64,000 nucleotides of DNA from an uncultured bacterium (GCA_949285875.1 CASDZZ010000001.1:7110-71109), one strand, 5' to 3'. Shown: positions 36,870 to 47,341, counted from the first letter of the stretch. The notes: generated from the letters alone by a model not told the origin. A program made the numbers and translations.

Positions 36870-37334
36870 ATGAAAAAAAATAACAAAGGTTTTACGTTAA
36901 TTGAATTGTTGGCAGTTATCGTAGTATTAGCAGTAATCATGGTTATTGCAACACAGCAAATAAATCAAGTAATTAAGAAAAATACGGCAGACTCATTCAA
37001 GAGTTCACTAGATATGGTAGCTAAACAAGCTAAAACATATTATGCTTCAGAGGGTATGGATCCTAGTGATGCACAATTAGAGTCTATGGTTGACTATAAT
37101 ACAAGTGAGTATACTATAGAATATGATAGTTCTAAGATTTGTTTAGTGGCTGCTGAAAATGGTAAATTTAAAGGTATAGCAAAAGATGATTTTGGAAAAA
37201 TAACATTTGATAGAGATAAAATTATTGATAAAACAAATACTTATGAGTTTGTAGCTGGAACTAATCCTAAACTATGTGTTATGTTTAGTGGTGGTTCTGT
37301 AGGATCTTATACTACTACTAATTCGACTCCATAA
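36870..37334 (+). CDS. Type IV pilin/pseudopilin with prepilin N-terminal methylation motif, paralog 1
   Basis: KGFTLIELLAVIVVLAVI (G-1, F+1, E+5). 154 aa. Confidence 0.8.
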   Translation: MKKNNKGFTLIELLAVIVVLAVIMVIATQQINQVIKKNTADSFKSSLDMVAKQAKTYYASEGMDPSDAQLESMVDYNTSEYTIEYDSSKICLVAAENGKFKGIAKDDFGKITFDRDKIIDKTNTYEFVAGTNPKLCVMFSGGSVGSYTTTNSTP

Positions 37335-37402
37335 CCATAATAAGCAAGTATTATGGTTAATAATAAAAAAAATACAAATAAAAATAGAAGGAGAAAGAAG
37401 TT

Positions 37403-37852
37403 ATGAAAAAAAATAACAAAGGTTTTACGTTAATTGAATTGTTGGCAGTTATCGTAGTATTAGCAGTAATCATGGTTATTGCAACACAACAAATAAATCA
37501 AGTAATTAAGAAAAATACGGCAGACTCATTCAAGAGTTCACTAGATATGGTAGCTAAACAAGCTAAGACATATTATGCCTCAGAGGGTAGGGATCCAGAC
37601 TTAGATGGTTTAAAAGCTTTGGTTGATTATAATACTAGTGAGTATGATATAACATACACTAGTGGTGAAATTTGCTTAGTAGCCGCTGAAAATGGTAAAT
37701 TTAAAGGTGTGGCAATGAAAGACTTCGGTAAAATAAAATTCAATGATGGAGAAACAGAAGATACAACGGATACATATAAATTTGATGGTAGTACCACTAA
37801 CCAACCTAAATTATGTGTTAAATTTGCTGATGGCTCTGTAGGATCTTACTAA
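37403..37852 (+). CDS. Type IV pilin/pseudopilin, paralog 2
   Basis: The first about 195 nt differ at only 4 positions from paralog 1. The C-terminal half has diverged. Confidence 0.8.
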   Translation: MKKNNKGFTLIELLAVIVVLAVIMVIATQQINQVIKKNTADSFKSSLDMVAKQAKTYYASEGRDPDLDGLKALVDYNTSEYDITYTSGEICLVAAENGKFKGVAMKDFGKIKFNDGETEDTTDTYKFDGSTTNQPKLCVKFADGSVGSY

Positions 37853-37936
37853 CAAAAAAGAAAAAGATATCCTTTTTCTTTTTTTTTATCCTTTTTTTTA
37901 GTATAATAGCTTTGTATTGTGATTGGAAGTGATAGA

Positions 37937-38848
37937 ATGCTACTTATTGGTTCTCATGTTTCTTTTAAAAGCTCTGATCAGTTATATGGAAGCGTAAAAG
38001 AAGCAGTGAGTTATGGTGCTAATACATTTATGTTTTATACTGGAGCACCACAAAATACAAAAAGATGTAAAATAGATTATGATTTGACTTTGAAGGCTAG
38101 AAACTTACTTTATGAAAATAATATTGAGCTTAAGAATATAGTTGTTCATGCACCTTACATAATAAATTTAGCAAATAACGAAAATAAAGAAAAATATGAA
38201 TTTGCTATTAATTTTCTCAAAGAAGAATTAAATAGAGTTTCGATGCTAGGAATAACACTTTTAGTTTTACACCCAGGAAGTTATGTTAATCTAGATGAAA
38301 ACTTAGGTATCCAAAACATAATTAATGCTTTAAATGAAATTATAAAACCTAATCAAGAAATTAAAATATGTTTAGAAACTATGGCGGGTAAAGGAACAGA
38401 GCTATGTTACAAAATAGATCATTTAAAAAGAATTTTTGATGGATTAAAGTTTCCTGATAAGGTTTTTGTTTGTCTTGATACTTGCCATCTTAATGACGCT
38501 GGTTATGACTTAAATGATTTTGATTCTTATTTAAAGAAATTTGATGATAAAATTGGTTTAAATAAGATTGCTTGTATTCATGTCAATGATTCAAAAAATG
38601 TTATTGGATCACATAAGGATAGACATGAAAATATAGGTTATGGTACGATTGGTTTTGATAACTTACTAAAAATTATATATGATGAAAGATTTAAAGATAT
38701 TCCTAAAATTTTAGAAACTCCTTACGTTTCAGACTGTGAAAGTAGTAAAAATAAAACTTATCCTCCTTATAAATTTGAAATAGAAATGATAAAGGATAAG
38801 AAAATAAATGATAATTTAATAGAAGAAATAAAAAAATTTTATAATTAA
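37937..38848 (+). CDS. nfo: Deoxyribonuclease IV (endonuclease IV)
   Basis: IGSHVS, HAPYIINLA, VLHPGS, LETMAGKG, CLDTCH, HVNDS. Confidence 0.85.
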   Translation: MLLIGSHVSFKSSDQLYGSVKEAVSYGANTFMFYTGAPQNTKRCKIDYDLTLKARNLLYENNIELKNIVVHAPYIINLANNENKEKYEFAINFLKEELNRVSMLGITLLVLHPGSYVNLDENLGIQNIINALNEIIKPNQEIKICLETMAGKGTELCYKIDHLKRIFDGLKFPDKVFVCLDTCHLNDAGYDLNDFDSYLKKFDDKIGLNKIACIHVNDSKNVIGSHKDRHENIGYGTIGFDNLLKIIYDERFKDIPKILETPYVSDCESSKNKTYPPYKFEIEMIKDKKINDNLIEEIKKFYN

Positions 38849-38860
38849 TTTTGCATAACA

Positions 38861-38892
38861 AAACCACTAACATAATATATTGTTAGTGGTTT
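38861..38892. terminator. Bidirectional intrinsic terminator between convergent genes
   Basis: 12-bp perfect stem AAACCACTAACA / TGTTAGTGGTTT. Confidence 0.6.
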
Positions 38893-39481
38893 AATTATTT
38901 TGATTAATTATTTCTTGTATAATTTTATATACATTCTCCAAAGAATCATCGTATTTAAAGTCTTTATATTCTTTGTTATCTAAACTATCTGATACTATTT
39001 TTATAGAATAATATTTTTTAAAAGGAAAATTAACTATTCCGTTTAACTCCATATCAAATATAGCTTCTTCTTTGATAGGAGTTTTAAGGACAAAACCATC
39101 CGAGGTGTAACAGTCTACGGCTTTTATATTTTTAATTAAATTCATTTTAAAAGGAGAATTTAAAGAATAATATAAAGGATCTCCAAATGAGGTTAAATCA
39201 AAATGATAACCAAAACTTTGTCTTGCTAAAACTGTTTCTCCAACTTTCAAGTTATTTGAGCCACACATTCCAATGTTAATCATAATATATTCTTTAAAAT
39301 TCAAGTTATATTTATATATTAAATTAACTAAGGAACTTGTTATTCCGTTTCTTGATATATCAGTAACAATAAGTTCTCTATTATCATTTTTATAATAATT
39401 ATCATCTATTTTTTTTAACTTATAATGCTTTATTATTTTTTGAGCTTCTTTTTCCATTGCAATAACAAATAAATATTTCAT
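38891..39481 (-). CDS. Nucleoside phosphorylase/nucleosidase superfamily (PNP_UDP_1-like) protein
   Basis: VIAMEKEA, INIGMCGS and DMELNGI resemble MTA/SAH nucleosidase motifs. The match is weak. Confidence 0.4.
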   Translation of the reverse strand: MKYLFVIAMEKEAQKIIKHYKLKKIDDNYYKNDNRELIVTDISRNGITSSLVNLIYKYNLNFKEYIMINIGMCGSNNLKVGETVLARQSFGYHFDLTSFGDPLYYSLNSPFKMNLIKNIKAVDCYTSDGFVLKTPIKEEAIFDMELNGIVNFPFKKYYSIKIVSDSLDNKEYKDFKYDDSLENVYKIIQEIINQNN

Positions 39482-39613
39482 AATCTCTCCTAACAAAATA
39501 ATTATAGCATATATCGGTAAACATTTAAAACAAAAAAGAAATAAAAGAAGACTTAAAATATATTGTAAAAATGCATAAAAAATAGTATAATTATGACGCG
39601 GTGGTGATTGTGC

Positions 39614-40093
39614 ATGATTATTGATTTAACTAAGTTAATGTATGGTCAAATATATAAATTACCGGTCGAAGGTAAGCTAGTAATTCCAACTGATATATTA
39701 AAAAATACAGATATAAGAAGTATATCTCCTGTTAAGGTAAGTGGTTTCATTTACAATAATGAGGAAGAGCTAGATTTAGAGGTAGTTGTTAGTGGGGTTA
39801 TGGTACTACCTTGTGCTAGAACGTTAAAAGATGTAGAAAGACCTTTTAGTATTGAAATAAATGAGTCTATTGATGAAAATGATGACAAATATTTAAAAAT
39901 TATTCAAAATAGACTTGATATTTTTCCAATTATATGGCAATATATATTAGTGGATGTTCCTTTAAGAGTTCTTCATCCTGATGCTAAAGAAGAACCTATT
40001 TATGGTAATGGATGGTGTCTTATTACTGAAGATGATACGAAGGAAGTAATTGATCCAAGACTCGCAAAACTAAAAGAATATGAGAAAGAGTAA
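39614..40093 (+). CDS. YceD/DUF177 family protein
   Basis: Acidic protein in the conserved position directly upstream of rpmF. Confidence 0.7.
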   Translation: MIIDLTKLMYGQIYKLPVEGKLVIPTDILKNTDIRSISPVKVSGFIYNNEEELDLEVVVSGVMVLPCARTLKDVERPFSIEINESIDENDDKYLKIIQNRLDIFPIIWQYILVDVPLRVLHPDAKEEPIYGNGWCLITEDDTKEVIDPRLAKLKEYEKE

Positions 40094-40108
40094 GGAAGGA
40101 GTGAGAAT

Positions 40109-40315
40109 ATGTTAAAGTTGGATATCCAAACATTTGCAGTTCCATTCAGAAAAATTAGTAAGACAAGAAAAAGAATGCGTCGTACTCATTATAAGATTGA
40201 AGCTAACGGAACAGTAAAATGTCCTAAATGTGGAGAAATGATTAGACCACATAGAGTATGCCCATACTGTGGCAACTATAAAGGAAAAGAAGTTGTTAAG
40301 AAAGAAGCTGAGTAA
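40109..40315 (+). CDS. rpmF: 50S ribosomal protein L32 with a 9-residue N-terminal extension
   Basis: [18 protein letters not shown] plus zinc ribbon CPKCG...CPYCG. Preceded in frame by MLKLDIQTF from an ATG behind GGAAGGAGTGAG. Confidence 0.9.
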   Translation: MLKLDIQTFAVPFRKISKTRKRMRRTHYKIEANGTVKCPKCGEMIRPHRVCPYCGNYKGKEVVKKEAE

Positions 40316-40356
40316 TAGCTTTTTTTTTATCCCTAAAAGTAAAAAGGAGGTTAAAG

Positions 40357-40707
40357 ATGAAGTCTATAGATATAAAAAGGGAATTAGACGATAATAACAA
40401 TGTTTATAATATATTTGTAGATGGAAAAAGATGTGGTAAATTTACGGTAATAAATGATAGCACTAGTATAGAAATACTATTTTTAGAAGAAATTACATAT
40501 AACAAGTTTAGTTTATATTGGAATATAATTTTAAGAGAAATACTTTATTTTGTTTTAGAAAATAATGAACTAGTTGGTAGCGTTTATTACTATGATGATT
40601 CTATTAGAGAAAATTCTTATGATGATGATTTTAAATTTAATTATGATGAAAAAAATAAAGTTTACTATTTACGTAGAAAGAAAATTAATGACAAGCTAGA
40701 TTTTTAA
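40357..40707 (+). CDS. Hypothetical protein
   Basis: RBS AAGGAGG. No motif recognised. Confidence 0.5.
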   Translation: MKSIDIKRELDDNNNVYNIFVDGKRCGKFTVINDSTSIEILFLEEITYNKFSLYWNIILREILYFVLENNELVGSVYYYDDSIRENSYDDDFKFNYDEKNKVYYLRRKKINDKLDF

Positions 40708-40736
40708 TGATATTATTATAATAGTGGTGGTATTTT

Positions 40737-41642
40737 ATGAAACATATAAAAAAAATATTATTAATTTTAGTTGGTGTTATTTTCCTTTTTTTTAGTATTA
40801 TATTTGGTAATCAGTATAATGATTCTGCTTCAGCTAGTGTATCTAATATTAATAATAAAGAAGAAAAAACACTTAATAACGAGCTAGTAATTTATTATTT
40901 CGATGTTGGACAAGCTGATGCTATTTTACTTCAAGATGGAGATAAAAATATGATTATCGATGCTGGCAATAATGAAGATGGAGAAAGGTTAACTAACTTT
41001 TTAAAGAATAATTTAGGTATTGGTTCTTTAAATTATGTATTCGCTACTCATCCTCATGAGGATCATATTGGGGGAATGGATGATATCATTAATAATTTTA
41101 ATATAGAAAATTTTTATATGCCAGAAGTTATTACTACGACAAAAACGTTTGAAGATATGCTTGATGCTTTAGAAAATAAAAACATGAGTTTTACGGTTCC
41201 TAAAGAAGATGATAGTTTTATGTTAGGAAGTAGTAAAATAGATGTCTTGCATGTTGGTAATAATGCTAAAGAGTTAAATGATGCATCTATTATTTTAAAA
41301 GTTACTCACGGAGATAATACGTTTTTATTTACCGGGGATGCTAGCAGTAAAGTGGAAAAAGAAATATTAAATAAGAATATAGAAAGTGATGTATTAAAAG
41401 TAGGACATCATGGTTCGTATTATAGTACTTGTGATGAGTTTTTAGATAAGGTAAATCCTAAGTATGCAGTTATTTCGGTAGGAAAAGGAAACTCTTATAA
41501 GCATCCTTCTTTTGAGACCTTAAAAAAGTTAGAAAATAAAAATATCGAAATTTATAGAACTGATGAGGCTGGTACTATTAAGATAACAAGTGATGGTAGT
41601 AATTTAAAAGTTGATAGTGAAAGGACTAATATTGATGGATAA
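40737..41642 (+). CDS. Secreted/membrane-anchored MBL-fold hydrolase (ComEC C-terminal-domain-like)
   Basis: N-terminal TM, FDVGQADAILL, HPHEDHIGG, GHHGS. Confidence 0.8.
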   Translation: MKHIKKILLILVGVIFLFFSIIFGNQYNDSASASVSNINNKEEKTLNNELVIYYFDVGQADAILLQDGDKNMIIDAGNNEDGERLTNFLKNNLGIGSLNYVFATHPHEDHIGGMDDIINNFNIENFYMPEVITTTKTFEDMLDALENKNMSFTVPKEDDSFMLGSSKIDVLHVGNNAKELNDASIILKVTHGDNTFLFTGDASSKVEKEILNKNIESDVLKVGHHGSYYSTCDEFLDKVNPKYAVISVGKGNSYKHPSFETLKKLENKNIEIYRTDEAGTIKITSDGSNLKVDSERTNIDG

Positions 41643-41853
41643 ATTTGCAGTTGATCAAGTTGAAAATGATATTGTTATTTTAGAAAATATTTTAACAAAA
41701 GAAAAAAGAGAGTTAAGCATAAACAATTTTAACTTTAAAATAAATGAAAAAGATGTATTAGTTTTTGATGGCAAGAGTTACTTTTTAGATAATAAATTAA
41801 AAGAAGAAAGACTAAATAAAATAAAAGAAAAATTTAATAGATTGAAAGGATAA
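41635..41853 (+). CDS. DUF3006-like small protein
   Basis: MDKFAVDQVENDIVILEN. This is the typical partner downstream of ComEC-like MBL genes. Confidence 0.55.
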   Translation: MDKFAVDQVENDIVILENILTKEKRELSINNFNFKINEKDVLVFDGKSYFLDNKLKEERLNKIKEKFNRLKG

Positions 41854-41875
41854 TATAAGGTATATTATCCTTTTT
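41848..41875 (+). terminator. Intrinsic terminator
   Basis: GGATAATATA-AGG-TATATTATCC plus TTTTT. Confidence 0.65.
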
Positions 41876-41924
41876 GCTTGAAAAAAATATGTAAAAATGT
41901 TAATATAAGCATGTTTTTAAGGGA

Positions 41925-43682
41925 GTGATGGTTGTGAAGAAAGAAAGTATTGTTTTAAAGCTTTATAAAATGTTAACTAAAAGACAAAAATTTAGTTTTA
42001 TTATAATTATATTTATTATGATTATATCCGCTGTATTAGGACAGTTATTACCGCTTGCAATAGGTAAATTAACTGATGATATATTAGTTAGTGAAGATAT
42101 ATCATTTGTATCTATTATTCCATTTTTATTATTCATATTAGTAATAACTGTTGTAAATGAAATAATTAAGGTAATACGAAGATTAATTGTAGAAGATACT
42201 TGTACAAGGTGTGAAAAAACTGCAAGAAGTAATGCTATATCATCTCTTCTTCATGCACCTTTATCCTATTTTAAAAAAAATATGACAGGAAATATTCATG
42301 GTAGATTAAACAGAAGTTTGGAAGGCACAATAAGATTATTGAAGCTAGTTTTTATGGATTTTGCTCCAGCTATTTTTAGTGGTGGGGCTGCAATTATTGT
42401 TATTTTTTCTAAATTACCTTTTTTTCTTGCACTTGCTATGCTTCTTGTTATTCCAATTGGGGTTATTATTGTTTTTAGACAAATTTCTACGCAAAAGGGT
42501 ATAAGAGTAGAATTAATGGAAGAAAAATCATCCATGGATGGAACAATGGTTGAATTAATTAATGGTATAGAAGTTATTAGGGTTTTTGATAACGTTGATT
42601 ACGAAGTTGATAATTTTACTAATAAATCAGAATTTTTAAGATCTAAAGAAATGAAACATCATAAATCAATGGCTCTATATGATTGTTTAAAATTTATTAA
42701 TGAAGCAGTATTTACGGTTTTAATAATAGGTATATCTGCTTATTTAGCAGGAGAAAAAATAATAACCGTAGGAACTGTTTTAACAGCTTATTTATGTTTT
42801 ACTCAGCTTACAACACCACTTAGGGAGTTACATAGAATTTTTGATGAATTATCAGAGTCTACAATTTTAGCTAAAGAATATTTTAAGATAACTGAACTTG
42901 ATAAAGATTTTTCTTATAAAACGGTAGCTGGTCAAAAAATAAATAGCAGTAGCATAATTAATATTTCAAATTTGGATTTCAGATATAATGATAATTCAAA
43001 ATTAATTTTGGATGATTTAAATCTAAACATAGAAGAAGGAAAATTTATCGGGATAGCTGGTCCTTCAGGGTGTGGTAAATCTTCTTTAATAAAAATCATA
43101 ACAAGATTAGAGAAGGCTAAAGGAAGCATAATAATAAATAATTATGATATCAATTCTTTATCAAGAAAGACTATTGCTAAGTTAATTGCATTAGTACCTC
43201 AATCACCATTTTTAGTATCAGGAACTATAAGAGAAAATATATGTTATGGTATTAATAAGAAGGTAACCGAAAAAGAATTAAAGGAAGCTGCTAAAAGAGC
43301 TTTTATAGATGAATTTATAGAAAATCTTCCAAATAAATATGATTCATTGGTAGCAGAAGGAGGAAGTAATTTATCTGGAGGTCAAAGACAAAGAGTAGCT
43401 TTAGCTAGGATATTTTTAAGAAAACCTAAAATTTTGATATTAGATGAGGCTACTTCAGCTTTAGATAATACTTCTGAAAAATATATCCAAAAAGAAATTG
43501 AAAAATTACAAAAAGAAAATAATACTACAATAATATCAATTGCACATAGATTAACCACTCTAAAAAACTGTGATGAAATTTATGTTTTTGACAAAGGAAA
43601 AATAATTCAAAAAGGTAAGTATGATGATCTATCAAAAGAAGAAGGTATGTTTAAAGACATGGTTAGAGGGGTAATAAAGTAG
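41925..43682 (+). CDS. ABC exporter, fused permease/ATPase (type 1 exporter)
   Basis: Six-TM N-domain. GPSGCGKSS, LSGGQRQR, ILILDEATS. Confidence 0.85.
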   Translation: MMVVKKESIVLKLYKMLTKRQKFSFIIIIFIMIISAVLGQLLPLAIGKLTDDILVSEDISFVSIIPFLLFILVITVVNEIIKVIRRLIVEDTCTRCEKTARSNAISSLLHAPLSYFKKNMTGNIHGRLNRSLEGTIRLLKLVFMDFAPAIFSGGAAIIVIFSKLPFFLALAMLLVIPIGVIIVFRQISTQKGIRVELMEEKSSMDGTMVELINGIEVIRVFDNVDYEVDNFTNKSEFLRSKEMKHHKSMALYDCLKFINEAVFTVLIIGISAYLAGEKIITVGTVLTAYLCFTQLTTPLRELHRIFDELSESTILAKEYFKITELDKDFSYKTVAGQKINSSSIINISNLDFRYNDNSKLILDDLNLNIEEGKFIGIAGPSGCGKSSLIKIITRLEKAKGSIIINNYDINSLSRKTIAKLIALVPQSPFLVSGTIRENICYGINKKVTEKELKEAAKRAFIDEFIENLPNKYDSLVAEGGSNLSGGQRQRVALARIFLRKPKILILDEATSALDNTSEKYIQKEIEKLQKENNTTIISIAHRLTTLKNCDEIYVFDKGKIIQKGKYDDLSKEEGMFKDMVRGVIK

Positions 43683-43712
43683 TATTAAATAAAATAAAAA
43701 GGTGGTATTAAA

Positions 43713-44471
43713 ATGAAGGCACTTTTTCTAACAAGTTCTTTAAGTACTAATATAAAGGATGAAAACAATAATAAAATTCCGATAAAATTTGAAAATACTA
43801 ATATGATTTTAGATAATTTTAAAAAGTATATAAAAAAGTATGATAATTTTTTATATATAGCTAGTAATCCGAATGATAACTTAGTAACTGACTTATATTC
43901 GGATGTTGTGTTTAAATCTTTTGATTTAACTTTACCTTTTAGAAGTTATAAAGTTTTAGATAATAGAAATATTAATGATGCAGATAAGCTGGTTTCAGAA
44001 GCAGATTTTATTTATTTAGCTGGTGGACATGTTCCTACTCAAAATAAATTCTTTAATGATATTAATTTGAAAGATTTATTAGCTAAAAATGATGATGTAG
44101 TAATATGTGGTGTGTCTGCGGGAAGTATGAACTGTTCTTTTAATGTTTATTCTCCTCCTGAAGAAGAAGGTGAGGCAAAAGATAAGAATTATAATAAATA
44201 TCTAAAAGGGTTAGAACTTACTAAAATAAGTATATATCCTCATTATAATGAGGATGAGGTAATCATACTAGATAATTTGGATATGAAAAATGATATACTA
44301 CTTATAGACAGTAATAAAAGGCCTTTTTTTGCATATCCTGATGGAACTTATATTTTAAAGACAAATGCTGCTGTTAAATTATATGGTTTATCATATCGAT
44401 TTGAAAATGGTAAATATTATAAATTTAGTGATGATTTAGAGGCTAAAGATATAAAAAAATATGATATGTAA
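43713..44471 (+). CDS. Peptidase S51 family protein
   Basis: ADFIYLAGGH, GVSAGSMN, IYPH. Paralogous architecture to 14190..14828. Confidence 0.7.
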   Translation: MKALFLTSSLSTNIKDENNNKIPIKFENTNMILDNFKKYIKKYDNFLYIASNPNDNLVTDLYSDVVFKSFDLTLPFRSYKVLDNRNINDADKLVSEADFIYLAGGHVPTQNKFFNDINLKDLLAKNDDVVICGVSAGSMNCSFNVYSPPEEEGEAKDKNYNKYLKGLELTKISIYPHYNEDEVIILDNLDMKNDILLIDSNKRPFFAYPDGTYILKTNAAVKLYGLSYRFENGKYYKFSDDLEAKDIKKYDM

Positions 44472-44601
44472 AAAATGTTTTAATTAAAAGTGATTTTATT
44501 TGTAACGTGTTTTTTAGTAAATGCGTTATTTTTTTATATACATAGTGTCTGCAAATCTTATATTATGTTATAATTAAATAAGTTAGAGGAGGTAATTAGC
44601 T

Positions 44602-45423
44602 ATGATACATAAAATGAAATTACAAGAAGATCCATTTATAAAAATAAAAGAAAAAACAAAAACAATCGAAATGAGATTATATGATGAAAAAAGAAGAAAA
44701 ATTAATATTGGTGATTTAATAGAGTTTACTAACGTAGTTACCAAAGAAAAAATGGTTTCAGAAGTTAAAAATATGTATATATATAGTAGTTTTGAAGAGC
44801 TTTATAAAAATCATGATAAAATATCAATAGGCTATGATAAAGAAGATACTCCTGACCCAAAAGATATGTCTATTTATTATAAAGAAAAAGATATAAAGAA
44901 AAATGGTGTTGTAGGAATTGAAATTGCGCTTATTAGTAATGATATAAGTGTTAAAAATGAATATGGTAATTTTAAACTAAGAGTGGCAGCTATCATAGAA
45001 AATGAAAATAAGATCTTGCTTTGCAAAGCGAAGAAATTTAGTGGATACGTTTTTCCAGGAGGACATATAAAGCTAGGAGAAACAAGTAAGGAAGCAATGC
45101 TTAGAGAGGCAAAAGAAGAGTTACAAATTAATTTTAAAATAGAAAGGTTATTTTGCATTCATGAAAATTTATATGAGATAAAAGAAGATAAAATAGCTAG
45201 TGAAATAGTTTACTACTACATGTTAAAGCCATTAGAAAATTTAGATTCTAATAATTTTATTGTAACAGAAAATGATAAGGGAATTATTAAAAAGCATGAG
45301 TACGAATGGATAGATAAAAATAGTTTATTAAATGTAAATGCAAATCCAAAAGATTTATGTAAGTTAATTACTAATTCTCTTGAAAGTTCGAATAATATTT
45401 TATTTACTGATGAAAGAATTTAG
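44602..45423 (+). CDS. ASCH-like domain fused to a Nudix hydrolase
   Basis: N-terminal KLQEDPFIKIKEKTKTIEMRLYDEKRRKINIGDLIEF (ASCH-like). Nudix box GGHIKLGETSKEAMLREAKEELQ. Confidence 0.65.
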   Translation: MIHKMKLQEDPFIKIKEKTKTIEMRLYDEKRRKINIGDLIEFTNVVTKEKMVSEVKNMYIYSSFEELYKNHDKISIGYDKEDTPDPKDMSIYYKEKDIKKNGVVGIEIALISNDISVKNEYGNFKLRVAAIIENENKILLCKAKKFSGYVFPGGHIKLGETSKEAMLREAKEELQINFKIERLFCIHENLYEIKEDKIASEIVYYYMLKPLENLDSNNFIVTENDKGIIKKHEYEWIDKNSLLNVNANPKDLCKLITNSLESSNNILFTDERI

Positions 45424-45560
45424 TTATTATTAAAAAAAAACTTGAAAAATAATAATTTTTATAGTATATTTTAAGTGACGTTTTTGCAAAAAAGTTATAT
45501 ATTTTATACCCACTGCATAGAAATATGTGGCTTTTTTGCTGTAGAAAGGAGAGTGGTAAA

Positions 45561-46541
45561 ATGTCGTTCATCAAAGTTGAAAGCGTAAGTAAAACATTTA
45601 AGGTTGCTAAAAGAGAAAGTGGGCTTAAAAACGCGATTAAGTCTTTTTTTAAGCGTGATTATAAGTTTATAAAAGCAATTGATAATATTTCTTTTTCAAT
45701 TGAAAAAGGAGAAATAGTTGGCTATATAGGCCCTAATGGTGCTGGTAAATCTACTACCATTAAAATACTAAGTGGAATACTTATTCCTGATAAAGGAAAG
45801 TGCACCATAAATAATATGACACCTTGGTTAGATAGAAAAAAGTATGTTAAACAAATAGGTGTTGTTTTTGGTCAAAGAAGTCAGCTATGGTGGGATATTC
45901 CTGCTAGTGATACTTTTGATTTATTAAAAGATGTATATGATATTGATGAGGAAGAATATCAAAAAACTAAGGATGATTTAATTAAAAAATTAAATTTGGA
46001 AGATATAATAAATGTACCAGTTAGACAACTTAGTTTAGGTCAAAGGATGCGCTGTGAAATAGCAGCATCTCTTCTTCATTCTCCAGAGATTTTATTCTTA
46101 GATGAGCCTACTATAGGCCTTGATGCGGTATCTAAGCAGATAGTTAGAGAGTTTGTTAAGAAATTAAATAAAGAAAAGAAAGTAACGGTAATATTAACTA
46201 CACATGATATGTCTGATATAGAAGCGTTAGCGAAAAGAATCATTTTAATAGGAAAAGGAAAAGTACTTTATGATGGTTCTTTAAAAACACTAAAGAATAA
46301 GTATGATGTAAATAAATACGTAACAATAATTACTAAAGATAAGTTAGAAATTAAAAATAAAGGAATAATAAAAAAAGAAAAGATTAAAGAAGGTTATAAA
46401 TTTATAATTGATTCTAAAATAATTAATATATCTGATTTTCTTAATTTGGTATCTAAAAAAATATCAATTGATGATGTAGAAATTGATAATGAAAATATAG
46501 ATGATATAATCGTAAAATTATATAAGGAATATCAAATATGA
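45561..46541 (+). CDS. ABC transporter ATP-binding protein (ABC-2 type), module A
   Basis: GPNGAGKST, LSLGQRMR, LFLDEPTIGLD. Confidence 0.85.
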   Translation: MSFIKVESVSKTFKVAKRESGLKNAIKSFFKRDYKFIKAIDNISFSIEKGEIVGYIGPNGAGKSTTIKILSGILIPDKGKCTINNMTPWLDRKKYVKQIGVVFGQRSQLWWDIPASDTFDLLKDVYDIDEEEYQKTKDDLIKKLNLEDIINVPVRQLSLGQRMRCEIAASLLHSPEILFLDEPTIGLDAVSKQIVREFVKKLNKEKKVTVILTTHDMSDIEALAKRIILIGKGKVLYDGSLKTLKNKYDVNKYVTIITKDKLEIKNKGIIKKEKIKEGYKFIIDSKIINISDFLNLVSKKISIDDVEIDNENIDDIIVKLYKEYQI

Positions 46542-47341
46542 GATTTTATTTATCATACTTTAAATTAAGATTTATAACTTCTTTACAATATAGACAAGCT
46601 GCTTTAGCAGGAATTGCAACCCAGTTTTTCTTTGGAATGGTATTCATTATGGTATATCTTGCTTTTTATGAATCAGGAAGTGCAAGCCTGCCTATGAAGG
46701 TAAATGAACTAGTTTCATATTTATGGCTTAATCAGGCATTCTTTTCGTTAATATACATGTTTTATCAGGATAACGAAATATTTAACATAATAAAAAACGG
46801 GGATATAGCTTATGAATTAGTAAGACCTAAAAAAATATATTTTATGTGGTTTTCTAAAATAATAGGACAAAGACTAGCTAATGTCACTTTAAGATTTATA
46901 CCGGTTTTAGTTGTAGCATTTATCTTACCTAGACCATATAATTTAGGTTTACCTTTATCTTTTAATCATTTTTTTATGTTTTTATTAACATTAGCAGTTG
47001 GTACGCTTTTAATGACAGCTATTATTACTTTATATCATGTATTAGCACTTAGTACTTTAAATGAAAAAGGTATAACTAGTATATTTGTTGTAGTAGCTGA
47101 TATATTATCTGGAGGAGTTGTTCCAATTCCATTTTTTCCATTATTTTTGCAAAAGGTAGCGAACGTTCTTCCTTTTAGATATATATTTGATCTTCCGTTT
47201 AGATTGTATTCTGGAAACGTATCCATAAGTGAAGGTTTATTAGGTCTATTAGTTCAATTTATTTGGTTAATTATAATAGTTATATTAGGAAATGTAATAC
47301 TTAAAAAGATACTTAAGAAAGTAGTAGTGCAAGGAGGTTAA
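46538..47341 (+). CDS. ABC-2 family permease, module A
   Basis: Polytopic membrane protein. 4-nt overlap with the ATPase gene. Confidence 0.7.
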   Translation: MRFYLSYFKLRFITSLQYRQAALAGIATQFFFGMVFIMVYLAFYESGSASLPMKVNELVSYLWLNQAFFSLIYMFYQDNEIFNIIKNGDIAYELVRPKKIYFMWFSKIIGQRLANVTLRFIPVLVVAFILPRPYNLGLPLSFNHFFMFLLTLAVGTLLMTAIITLYHVLALSTLNEKGITSIFVVVADILSGGVVPIPFFPLFLQKVANVLPFRYIFDLPFRLYSGNVSISEGLLGLLVQFIWLIIIVILGNVILKKILKKVVVQGG

